From Octopus bimaculoides (lineage: Eukaryota): 52,742 nt of DNA. Numbering within the stretch: position 1 is the stretch's first letter; the number at the start of each line of letters is the position of its first letter. The position numbers were made by a program, and so were the translations under genes. Below the pieces are notes generated by a model. It saw only the letters and a list, made by a program, of their open reading frames with translations. It did not search any database and was not told the DNA's origin. Location: contig NC_068986.1 in the NCBI RefSeq assembly GCF_001194135.2, forward strand, positions 691,016 through 743,757, given 5' to 3'. Of the stretch, positions 1 through 10,842 are shown piece after piece.

Positions 1-110
1 ATATATATATATATATATATATACCTGTATATATATGTATGTGTGTGCGTGTATTACGTACATATGCATTTATAAATAAATATATAAATACATATATGTA
101 CAGTATATAT
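1..110. repeat. (TA)n/(TG)n microsatellite mosaic
   Basis: Directly visible dinucleotide runs. Confidence 0.9.
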
Positions 111-869
111 ATAACCAAAAACAATTCGATAAATAAAACATAGTCTTACTGTTGTGTTTTTCTTGAAGTTTCGATCAAAAATTCCTTATGAAAAATAGGA
201 AGCGATAAGAGCAGACGGAAGAACAGGCGTCCGTATCGTTTGCGTCGAAGCTCGAAGGCCAAATAAAATACTTCAAAGTATTGTAGCAACAACATTCAGA
301 AACTTCCCACCAATTAGAGAGTGGACATATTTACAACAATATTTCTTCAATATCTGAGAAGAAAGAAATCGATTTAAAAGAAAGCAGAATGTAGAATTAC
401 CTTTCATCTTCTGATTAGATGTTTTGGAGGATTTTGAAGAAAAATTGTGATAAAATTTGAAGCACTGCGAAGAATTTTGGAATTTAAAAAGATTAAGAAA
501 CCAAAATAAAGTGATAAATACAACACATAGTTTTATTGCTTTTATATTATTTTTATGTTATTCTAAAATTTGGTTGGCTCACCTGAATGTGGTAGAGTGC
601 AAAAAAAAGATAGGCTGCTTGGAAAATGGACCTATAACGCAAATTCTGTTGAAAGCTGTTAAGATTAATAACGTTGCCATTGCTGTTCTTACTGTTGTTC
701 TTGTTGCTCTTGCTGTTTTCATTTAATTCCAGACTGGCCATGATCAAGCATACTCATCTTCAAACACTTGCCAGGTTTGGGTTTATTTTGACATGTAAAA
801 AGCACAAATTTTTCATAATAATACTCATTTTATCAACACACAAAGAAATGAAAATCAACTCAGATGATG

Positions 870-1873
870 GTTGAACTAAAATCGATGAGTATTTAATTTC
901 CTTATCGCTGCGGCGAGAGTACGACACCCTCTGACGAGAATAGACGGGACCCCTACATATAAACAGTAGCGGTCTTACGTAATCGGCAGGTTAAGGTTCC
1001 GAGTTCGCGTAAGTCGTTCGCTCGTCTCATGTAATTGTAACGTTATTCTGTTGTTTTGTGTTTTTCTACACTTTGTTTTTTGCTGCCGTGTGGCGACACT
1101 GCTAGTGTTTTCCCTCGGTTGAAGGGGAAAGCGCTGTGAAAGCTGAGATGAACTATGAGAGTCTTAGTTCATCCCCTATGACCTCGTCCGAGGAGGACCC
1201 GAGAAGAAATCTGGAGAGGATTGACAAAGTATTGGAAGAAAGGAAGAAAATGAACTTTGTAGCTGCGGCTGATGATAAGAAGCAAGAAATCTGTATCAAC
1301 AAAAAGGAAATGCAAAAATACAAAGAAATGTTGGAGAGAAAAGGACACGAGGTGAAGGTGTCACCCATTAGCGACAACACAAGATTTATCAAGGAAAGAA
1401 GTATCACATACAGAACATATAACCCGAAATCCAACAAATTGGAGATAGTGGCAAAAGAACAAATAGAAAAAGCACTAAGACCCATCTGGCTGGATATTAC
1501 CTACTTTGCCCGGGGGGGGGGGGCGAAGTTCGCGATGGTAGAGGTACGGTTTACCAGTGAGGCGATAGTCAGGTATCATTCCGCGACCGCCATGAAGACA
1601 GATGAAGTAGTCCTTCTACCTATCTACCTGGGAAAACGTGCATCTAGGGTAAGGGTGGGAGGAATACCTCCGGAGGTGGACGTAAACTCGGTAATAGCAG
1701 CAATTTTAATGGGCTTCGAGAAAAGGATTACGATCCTACAGATGACAAAGGCACCATCGAAGAATTGGCTAGAGCAGACACTGGAAATAATAATCCAGGC
1801 TGCCCCAGAGGACTCGGAAGAAATGGTCAACACCATAACAGTGGAAGACGAGGAAAGGCTTGGGGTTACTTAG
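870..1873 (+). mobile_element. 5' fragment (UTR + ORF1) of an L1/Tx1-like non-LTR retrotransposon, 3'-truncated
   Basis: CpG-rich leader followed by a 241-codon open ORF. RVRVGGIPPEVDVNSVIAAIL resembles the RRM segment of Tx1/L1-type ORF1 proteins. The ORF stops where a CCHC knuckle would be expected. Confidence 0.6.
1148..1873 (+). CDS. LINE ORF1-like (gag-like/RRM) protein, truncated, 241 aa from the first ATG
   Basis: Only long clean ORF in the window (the track starts it at GTG 1136; ATG is at 1148). Charged N-terminus followed by an RRM-like region. The stop TAG 1871-1873 lies at the junction with an antisense LINE fragment. Confidence 0.55.
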   Translation: MNYESLSSSPMTSSEEDPRRNLERIDKVLEERKKMNFVAAADDKKQEICINKKEMQKYKEMLERKGHEVKVSPISDNTRFIKERSITYRTYNPKSNKLEIVAKEQIEKALRPIWLDITYFARGGGAKFAMVEVRFTSEAIVRYHSATAMKTDEVVLLPIYLGKRASRVRVGGIPPEVDVNSVIAAILMGFEKRITILQMTKAPSKNWLEQTLEIIIQAAPEDSEEMVNTITVEDEERLGVT

Positions 1874-3570
1874 AGTAATAGATCCAAAAGTATTCCTGTT
1901 TTCCATACTTCTTCCACGGGTATATTACCAAGACTTGGTACCTTGCCATATGAAAAGGACTTAATGCAATTCTTTAGTTCTCCTCTATATGTATAGGTAA
2001 AGTTTCTTATACAATATTAATGATAGGTTGGCTTATGATGTTTGATGCCTGTCTAAACAGATTAGAGAAATGCTCCTTTGAGTTCTTAAATTTAATCTTT
2101 ACGATTGTTTGCTCTTAGTTTTCCTCGACTGGTTTTCCTTCTTGCAGAAGTCCAAGCGAGAGAAGATTGTTAGTTTTCTCAAGGATTTTTGATTATATGT
2201 ATAGTATTTTATCCCCAAAATAAGCTTCAAGTTCTTTTGTAAAGGTTTCATTTGATTGCTTCGTATTTTCCTGTTTTTCTTTTTTTTTTCTTTTCTTTTC
2301 TTAGTTCTCTTGAGTTTACTTATTCTTGATTTAGCTCTATATTCTTCCTTCAATTCTTCACTTTTCTTTATTGTCTCCTTACTTTACCAAAGGATGCCGT
2401 GGTTTCTTTTTTCTAGTTATTTTTTAAATTCTACTTTTAGAATATTCGCTTCTCTTACATTTCCATATTCATTTATGATGTTAATATAAATGGAGTCGCC
2501 ATTCTTGACATCATCTAAAATTTGTGATGTTATGAAACGATTTTTGACATCAGCCGTATATGACTGACTCCCAATTACATCAGTGGTAAGTTTACTCCAG
2601 TCATAATGTACTCTATTTTTACTTAAGTTTTTATTTACTCTCAAGCTAAACCAGAACTTTCCTGTCACAATTCGATGGTCAGAATTGACAGTAAAAAAGC
2701 GCATTTTATGCTTTACAACTCATAACACCTTTTTCTCTTGTTTTGTTGATTCGTGCATGATCTAGTTGTGCCCTAGCGATTTGGGATTGCAAACATTCAC
2801 AGCTTATCTTTTCTCTTTGTGTATTGTACGCTCAGATTAATTATTTTACATTCCGTTTAAAAGTCTAGGAGATATTTGGCATTTCATCTGGGTAATTGCC
2901 CACTTTTTGCATTGGTATCACCCCTAATAATTTTGACATTGAGTTTAGGAATTACGTTTGTTACTTCAGTGAAATTATGTTAAGACTGAATCACGTTTTC
3001 TTTATTTGTTGCATCTGTGGGGCATTAATATGAAATTGTTTGGATTCCCATTAAATGAAACAATTATTATACGAGATATGATACTTTAAACCGATCTTAA
3101 AATTTTGATAGGGCCTTGAACTTAGGAGCAATCTCTGATGGTTGAACTGCTTCCATCTTTTATTGCTTTTAAAATGTCCATTTTTTCCATGTTTTGCTGA
3201 TGTTCGTGTATGCAGATTATCTCAATGTATGACTCTTCTGCCAATGCAGTATTCTTCTCATCCTTTGTAGATATCAAATTCAGAGACTGAACGTTAAAGA
3301 TTTAAGACTGAAATACCTTTTTGGCATTTTTAAATCGTACAACCAGTGGTATCTTATTTCAGTTCAGTCTGGCTCCTACTGAAAAAAAAGGAGCGCTTCT
3401 TATTAACCCACACAACAAGTGGTGCGGTATGGTTCTATCTTTGGAAAAATGTTCCTTTAGATTCTGTCTCTTCCGTGATAATGATAGATAGTATCTATTC
3501 CTGAAAGTCACAGTAGCGTCCATATGATTGCTGTACTTAAGAGTTAAAAGTACGCAACACCAGATTGTTA
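1870..3570 (-). pseudogene. Degenerate LINE ORF2 fragment (APE endonuclease + linker to start of RT), RTE/RTEX-like
   Basis: Minus-strand frames give KL*MFAIPN, AQLDHARINK, SDHRIV, YDWSKL, VKNRF, EHFSNL and KVPSLGNIPVEEVWK, with many stops and frameshifts. Confidence 0.85.
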
Positions 3571-3802
3571 GAGTCTAATATACTACAATACAATCAAGAG
3601 GAAATGTTACGAATAGTTTCTTGAAATCGTTGACGTAATATACTGATCGGAGAGGCAAACAACGTGGATGCGTTGTTGAACAAAAGCAGAACTTAGGTTT
3701 AAATGTCTGATGAATGCATTACATCGTTTTAACGTAATTTTACGAAACTATTCAGAGCATTTCATGTTGATTGTATCATATTACAATATGTATACTTGCA
3801 TA

Positions 3803-3806
<4 letters not shown>

Positions 3807-3868
<62 letters not shown>
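3807..3868. repeat. (TG)n microsatellite
   Basis: Perfect run. Confidence 0.98.
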
Positions 3869-3871
<3 letters not shown>

Positions 3872-4001
3872 ATCCTCAAAATAATAACTTACAAAAAAAC
3901 GCACAGAGTAAGGTATTTCTGGTAGTTTATATATTACATGCACTTAAAAAAATCTCGTAGTACTCAGTGCTGCAAATAAAACAATGAAATGTGGAAAAAA
4001 A

Positions 4002-4018
4002 TAGATAGATAGATAGAC

Positions 4019-4087
<69 letters not shown>
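4002..4087. repeat. (GATA)n microsatellite
   Basis: Near-perfect run. Confidence 0.98.
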
Positions 4088-4099
4088 CAGATGCACATC

Positions 4100-4286
4100 C
4101 GTTACTGGTTATAGGACGTCAAAGATGTTTGTGGATGACGACATCAAAGAACAGACTGGAAACAAGTGCCTGGGTGGCTGAATGTATGAAGCACAACAGA
4201 GAAGGAACTGGCGAGTTCTTTCCAACCGACCTCTGGACATAGGGAGGCTACCGAGCTGACTCATACATACATACATACATACATAT
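4100..4286 (+). mobile_element. 3' end of an RTE-like LINE with (CATA)n tail
   Basis: Reads like the RT C-terminal G-R-x-R-x-x-W-x-D-x-I-K segment (GRQRCLWMTTSKNRL with a frameshift), then a short UTR and a tetranucleotide tail. Confidence 0.5.
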
Positions 4287-5308
4287 ATCTATATCTATAT
4301 ATATATATTTATATATACTCGCAGGCGAACGCATATATTCAGTCATTTATTGAAGTTTTTCTCGTTTACTATTTTTTTTACCTAGATTCCTCTAAACACA
4401 ACTTTTTAGCACTTTGTTCTATATTTACATCTCAGAAATGCAACTCTCTGTAACTAATATGTACCTAAACACCTCGATCTATACAAGTTCTACTGAACGA
4501 AAGGAAGATCAAATTTGATGAGGTTGAGCGCTAACTTAGTAATCACTGCAATAGAAGCACGGGACAAAATGCTTGCTGTCTTTTAGTTTCGGCATTGTAC
4601 GTTCTGAATTCTAATCCGGAGAAGGTTTACAAATGACATCGACACTTCCCTTCTTCATTGATTACGCCAAGAGAAAAAAGGCCAAGGCTATAACTCTGTA
4701 CAAATTTATTTCAGTTTTGTGTGAAATTCTATTTCAATTTTCTACATACTGTAAATTCATTTCATTATTTCAGTCATTCACTTATTCATTCATTCTTTCA
4801 TTCATTCATTCATTCGTTCGTTCGTTCATTTATTCCACAAATAATCTAGGAGTCACAAATCCCACAGTTTCTATCTTTAAAATGTACGGTTTTGAGCCAA
4901 GCCAAAAAGAAGATTGCCAATAAATTGGGACTCGTACGCGGAATAACAGTATTTTCAGTTTGTAGTTTGTTTCCTAAGTTTCATACGGCTCCCGAAATGT
5001 AGATTCTTATCTGGAATATATATTACGTCAATACGTTTTCTTGCATCGTACAATGGAAAAAGTATTAAGAAAGTGAAGCGTGGATAAGTGAGGGGGGGAG
5101 GAGGATTTATGTGGTATGGAATAGTGTCAGCGAATGAGAAGAGAATTAAGATCGAAAAGATAAGACGGGGGGAGGAGGAAAAACAAAGAAGACGAAGCAA
5201 ATAAAAGAAACGAAGCGAAAACGAGAAAATAAAGATTGAGAGAACAAGATGATAAAAACAAATGAAAATATGATTGCAATGAAGGGTAAATAAACACATA
5301 CTTATAAC

Positions 5309-5344
5309 TACACACACACACACACACACACACATATGAGAGAG

Positions 5345-5419
<75 letters not shown>

Positions 5420-5422
5420 GAG
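5309..5422. repeat. (CA)n followed by (GA)n microsatellite
   Basis: Directly visible. Confidence 0.98.
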
Positions 5423-5519
5423 AAGGGGTGAGGAGATAAATTACGCATAGGCAATGGAGATGCGTTAGCTAAGAGATTCATGAGGGTTGTTATAACTATT
5501 TTGGCAAATGGACACAAAA

Positions 5520-5821
5520 ATGTAATAGAGGTACCACATCAAAAATACTTTCTATATTATAATGTCAGTTCGTGGATGTAAAAGATGTGTAAAGGTAGCC
5601 ACGAGAAGACAACAAACAAGATGAGGACAAATATCCGTCAAATGAAAATAATGTAAATAATGTAGACAATTTTTTACATGAAATTAATTCGAATACAAAA
5701 ATGTTTTTCTGTTCTATAACACAAAGTATAGATAAGTATACGAAGTTTGAAAGTCTTTCGGTACCAAAAACACTACATAAAACATAAATGAAAACTGGTG
5801 CCCCCGTTTTGAACTAGATCC
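5520..5821 (-). mobile_element. Older partial copy of the MITE family at 18014-18691
   Basis: 5794-5821 actggtgcccccgttttgaactagatcc matches that TIR with 2 mismatches. The adjacent sequence is the reverse complement of 18042-18070. The inner boundary is approximate. Confidence 0.75.
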
Positions 5822-5834
5822 GCGAACGCAAACG

Positions 5835-5864
5835 TATATATACAGTAATGGATCTCAGTCATTC
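5835..5864 (+). promoter_or_regulatory. Candidate TATA + Initiator core promoter
   Basis: TATATA at 5835-5840; Inr-like TCAGTC (5855-5860) and TCATTC (5859-5864); a GTAAGT donor follows at 5916. Confidence 0.35.
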
Positions 5865-5915
5865 AACGATGAGGATTCAGTTGTTCGATTAACGGAATTA
5901 CTTGCTCCTAGATGT
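5857..5915 (+). other. Candidate non-coding first exon
   Basis: Lies between the Inr-like motifs and a consensus donor TGT|GTAAGT. Confidence 0.35.
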
Positions 5916-6229
5916 GTAAGTGGCTGATCATTCCATTGAGATATGTACTCTTAACGCAATTTTCAGGCAGTGTGAGCAAAAGTTGAATTGCATAATCCTA
6001 CTGCACTTCAGTGATATAGAAAGCGACAGTGTGGGAGATCGAACCCAGGATCACCTAGTTGCGAAGCGAACTAAACTTTTTGGACATATTTCGTCGATAA
6101 GCACACACACACGCACACACAGACACACACACTTATACACACAAACACACATACACGTGTATATACATATACAAGTGCAATACACGAAATTGTCGACCCT
6201 TGAATAAGTTTTTAACTTCTACTGCGAAA

Positions 6230-6440
6230 TTTTAAGAGGACTCAGCTGAATACACGTTATTGATTGGTTAAAATTATCCAAATACGACAACTTTAACAAG
6301 AAATAGCTTCTAAAATACAAAGTTTTGTCAAAAACGTTAAACCTTGTTCTATGTGACACATTCTACCAATATCTGAAGTTTCAAAGTGTTTAGTTTAAAA
6401 AAATTGATTGAAAAATCTGGCCGTCAAATTGAATAGATCC
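6230..6440 (+). mobile_element. Older partial copy of the right part of the 18014-18691 MITE family
   Basis: cagctgaata..tgattgg..aaatacgacaactttaaca..ttctacca..gtttcaaagtgtt is similar to 18486-18640, and the segment ends in ..atagatcc. Confidence 0.7.
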
Positions 6441-6502
6441 GACTTCTATAAACCAAACGTAACTTGCTTTCAAAGTATATAATTTTGTATCCGTTTCAGA
6501 CA

Positions 6503-6563
6503 ATGTCGTTCATTTTTCCGTTTTATGTTTTAATTATATTAAATATTGCCGTGCATACCTTAG
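6503..6563 (+). CDS. Candidate first coding exon encoding a signal peptide (MSFIFPFYVLIILNIAVHTL, phase-1 intron); secreted or membrane protein of unknown identity
   Basis: Acceptor ttttgtatccgtttcag| at 6499, ATG 3 nt later, 20 mostly hydrophobic codons, then donor TTAG|GTAACA. Downstream exons are not identified. Confidence 0.5.
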
Positions 6564-7379
6564 GTAACAATCGCTAAATAAAAGAAGTCCAGTTATTCGA
6601 AACTTTCTTCATCATTGTTTATATACTTTTAAAATGATCAAAACGTTTATGTTAATACATAAATGGGATACTTTGTATGTAGTAATATTTGCTTTAGAAA
6701 ACCGGAAAATTAAGAAATTCAGGTCACTTTCTAGCCCAAGCTTGCTAAATAAATGTTCCGGTACGCCTAGCAGTCACTGAACGCTTTCATACAGTTATTG
6801 TTTATTGTACTGTTTGATGACATATTTTACACTGGTTTCATTATATTGTTCACCAACGTTATAATGACTCGGCGTTCATGACGTTCTCTGTATGTGAGTG
6901 TGTGCATATGTGTGTACACAATACTCTCGGCTCTGGAGTCACTTTACAGCTCATTAGTGCATGCATGTATGTGCGTATATATACTCTTATGTATTTATAT
7001 TTATTTCTTTATTGCCCACAGGCGACTAAACATAAAAGTAACAAACAAGGGCAGACAAAGAGATTAAATCGTTTACATCGACCGACCCCGAAAGGATGAA
7101 AGGCAAAGTCGATCTTGGCGGAATTTGAACTCAGAACAAAATACCGGCAGACGAAATACCAATTTCTTTATTACCCACAGGGGGGCCATACAAAGAATGG
7201 GACAAAACAACTGATTGGGGTCAGTAACACGTTATAATATTACATCAATATGAAAATAAAATTATATGAAATATATTTAAGAATCGAATGAAATACACAA
7301 TACAAATATGACACAAATGTAGCGATGATCAGGCCACGCTCCGACCCCATAAGCCCCGATCTATCGCTGGCACTTCTTT

Positions 7380-7880
7380 CATCTCTTGTTTTTCTTCTAT
7401 AGCCTATTCACATGGTTCCTTATACGCACAGCACTCGTGCAACATGCTTCCATCTTTTTTTGAACACACTCTCTGAAAGGCATCTCTTCTCCAATCACAC
7501 TTTCCTTTTCAAGTGAAAAGTGAAAAACGATCTTAACTCGTGGCCGGAGATAAAGTTACCCGTCTTAATCCATTTTATTCTAGTCTTCCATACTGCCTCT
7601 TTCACTATTGCAACAACAGTGAGAAAACAATTCTTACCTTCATTTGTTAAAAATTCCGGTGGGTCAGTTTTTATAATTGACCCAATCGACAGCTGTACTC
7701 TTCCTTCGCTGGACAACAGGTGTTCAGCATAAACCCACATTTCAGATATCTCCGGACACTGGACAACAGCATGGGGGACGGTTTCCCCATCACCCCCGCA
7801 TCTTGGACAGGTCGGAGAGTGAGACTTCCCATGTTTTGCGAGTTTATCCAGATTATAAATTTACATCTATACAAATAATA
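7380..7880 (-). pseudogene. 3' end of L1/Tx1-like ORF2 (zf-RVT/CCHC region) plus 3' UTR
   Basis: DKLAKHGKSHSPTCPRCG..ETVPHAVVQCPEISEMWVYAEHLLS..VKEAVWKTR..FFTFHLKRKV matches the C-x2-C-x-E-T-x-H-x4-C pattern of L1-clade ORF2 termini. Confidence 0.85.
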
Positions 7881-8333
7881 ATTGGTGCTCTTGGCTTTAT
7901 GAACAAATGCCTAAGTGGCACAATGGCAAGTGATTTGATGAAGTGGCACAATGAAGTGGCAAGTGATTTGATGAAGACACTCAGGATAAGCTGGGAGTTT
8001 CCAGCAAAAGAAATCAACCTCGCACATTACAATTGCAATCTCTAAGTGTAACAGTAAAAATATGCAAGACGTTCTCGAGTGCAAAACGTGAATTTGCTTT
8101 TGTTATCAATATTCCAACGATGGAGCTTTGTATCTTTGTTGGAAATCAGTCCCTTCCCCTACAGGAAGATTTCAAATAATTAGAAATGAGAGAGAACATA
8201 TATTTTTAGATATTTTTTGAAAACTCCATTAAACTAGAAACATATGCAAAGTAAAAAAAAAATAGTCAACAAGTTATTAGAAACACTTTTTATTCTTGCC
8301 TCGTAAAAAGACCTCTTTTTGTTCTCTTTTTTC

Positions 8334-9782
8334 TATTCGAAAACTCACCTCGAGTTAACTAAAAGATATGAAACGCCGTAGATGAAAAAAAATTCTAATA
8401 AAAATATCTCAAAAATTGATAATCACGAATTCTTATATTTGTCAGTTTGCATTATTTTATTTACTTTCAGTTTGTTTCACTTTGTTGTCGCCATTTTATA
8501 TGTTCAAAGATTGGTTTGTATCATGGACTACAAAGCCAATGCATTCTTTGTCGTCTTTAAAACACAATGGCAAATGATTCAATGAAGATTTGGTTGCTAT
8601 TTTTTAAATTTTCTAATGATGTTGTTATTTTATGCAGTTGTTATTTATTCCCCAAATAGTCCTCGATCGAACATACATTTGATGAAAAGCATTCCTGATG
8701 TAACCTAGGCACAGTACACGGAGAATCACATCATCCAATGTGTTCCTCTTTTCCAGGCAGCAGAGTGTAACTTGGGAAAGATGTGGTTACTATTTGTAGA
8801 TGCCCACAATTCAAAATTATTGAAAATGTCATAACTGAGTTAGAAAAGTGAAAGTTTAACGTGAAGCATATATATAAAAAATACAAAAGCATTGATTTAT
8901 GCATATATGTAAATTATGTTATTGGATTAGTGTAGAAGCGACATCAAATCTATTATAATGTCATTTGTAGATATTGGGGATTGGTGTCGCTTTCTTCACG
9001 AAATATGAACAGACATACAGAAATAAAAAACATTAAAAGCCCAAGAAAAGTAATATCAAAATAATATTTGTGTCAGTTATTCAGAGAATATAGGCTGTCG
9101 AGCTACATCAAATCTTCGTCATATTACAACAATTCCAGTTTAAAATTACATCGAGATTTTGTAATATGTGGCGCTGCTGAAGAAATACCATGAGAAAAAG
9201 GTTTGTTTTTGCTTATTATTTACTGATAGTTTATCTAAGCTAGAATTATTTTAATCAAGAAAAAGAGATTGTGTTCAAGATTGAAAATAAACTATTAAAA
9301 GCAGTTAACCATATATTTGAAAATAATCAGCAAATAACAATGATTTGGATGTCCGGTCATAATGTTACGCTCCATTGCACTGTGCCTAGGAAAGGGACAG
9401 GATGGTTCCATCAAGAATGCTTTTCATCATATGTATGTTCGATCGATGACTATTGGGGGAGATAAAAAACAACTGCAACAGCCAAACGAAAGCGGAGAGC
9501 CACAGCACAGTCATTAGAAATTTTAAAAAAAGCAACCAAATCTTCATCAAATTAATCGCCATTGTTTTAAAGAAAACAAGGAATGCGTTGGCAATGTAAT
9601 CCATGATACAAACCAATCTTTGAACGTATAAAATGGCGACAACAAAGTGAAACAAACTGAAAGTAAATAAAATAATACAAAATTGACAAATACAAGAATT
9701 CGTGATTATTAATTTTTTGAGATATTTTATTGAACTTCGACTTTTCATATTTTTTAGTTAACTCGAAGTGAGTTTTCCAATA
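8334..9782. repeat. Long inverted repeat: arms 8334-8718 and 9376-9782, spacer about 660 bp
   Basis: The arms are reverse complements with scattered substitutions and indels. The ORF track shows the same peptide CIILFTFSLFHFVVAILYVQRLVCIMDY on opposite strands. Confidence 0.95.
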
Positions 9783-10842
9783 AAAAAAGTGGGGGTGGGG
9801 GAATTCTGGGAAAGATAGCAACAGATGAATTAGCAAAATGGTCCTGCAAAAAGCTTGGTAGCTATAAATTTCATTCAAGATGACAGGCGAACAAGTTTTG
9901 CCAGCAGCAAATTATCAGATTGTACAACTGACGAGCCACTGCTGGTGAAACTTGCATTTTTGGTTGAATAAAAAATATTTAGACCCTAAATCTGTACTTA
10001 CTCTTACATCCGTTTATATTTCGCAGTGTTGTTAAAGTCTACTGGTAAACACTCTCCAAATTTGAAGTACAATCGAAATCAATTCCAACTAAAGTCATTA
10101 AATAAAAACCACAAAAACCAGTCAAGAGTAAAAAAAAAATGGCGAAAATCAGAAGCTAAATTATCAAACTCCAATCTTCCGTTGTCTCGACCATAATTAT
10201 CATCTTATAAAACTGCTCAGTTACGAAAGGATAGAAATAAAGATGTTACTGGTTGAGAATAAGTCTTATTCTTCTAAAGAGAAGAACAAGATCAAGTTGT
10301 AAGGAACCATGCTTATATTCTAGTAGAAACTATTCAAAAACTTGATGGCATTATGTACAGTTTCAATAAGACAACGAGCTGGCAGAATCACGTCGGACAA
10401 AATGCTTCGAGAAGTTCTTACAACTTTGGTCATCGTAATGCTTTGTTTTCGTTTGTTTAATACAAATTCCTCCTCCTAATGATTTTGCTTTCATTTGTGA
10501 TAGACAGCTATCCTGCAGAAAATGCCAGCTTCCAAATCCTGTTTTCTGATTAGGTAAAACTGATTAAACTTAAAACCCGATAACATTTTACTGCAAGTTT
10601 TCTGGAACAAATAAATAACAAAATCGGATTTATCATGGAAAACTATTTCAATATACCAAATTTGAACATTTTGACGTAATTTTAAAATTTCACAGCAACA
10701 GGGACGACTCTACAAAAGTAGAGACACAAGAAACTGTGTAATGGGAACGGGAACTGAAAATAACCCCCGTTTTCCGGATATTACTGGGTAATTCAGTTGG
10801 TATATATATGTGTGTGTGTGTGTATATCTATATATATATATA

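Noticed and set aside
150-520. Possible LINE ORF2 linker remnant (LEDFEEKL..NLKHCEEFWNL)
   Set aside because: The similarity is too weak to support without an alignment.
457-874. Hydrophobic short ORFs resembling membrane peptides
   Set aside because: They are produced by (GTT/CTT)-rich low-complexity sequence; the same applies to ORFs over (TG)n, (GA)n and (TA)n runs throughout the window.
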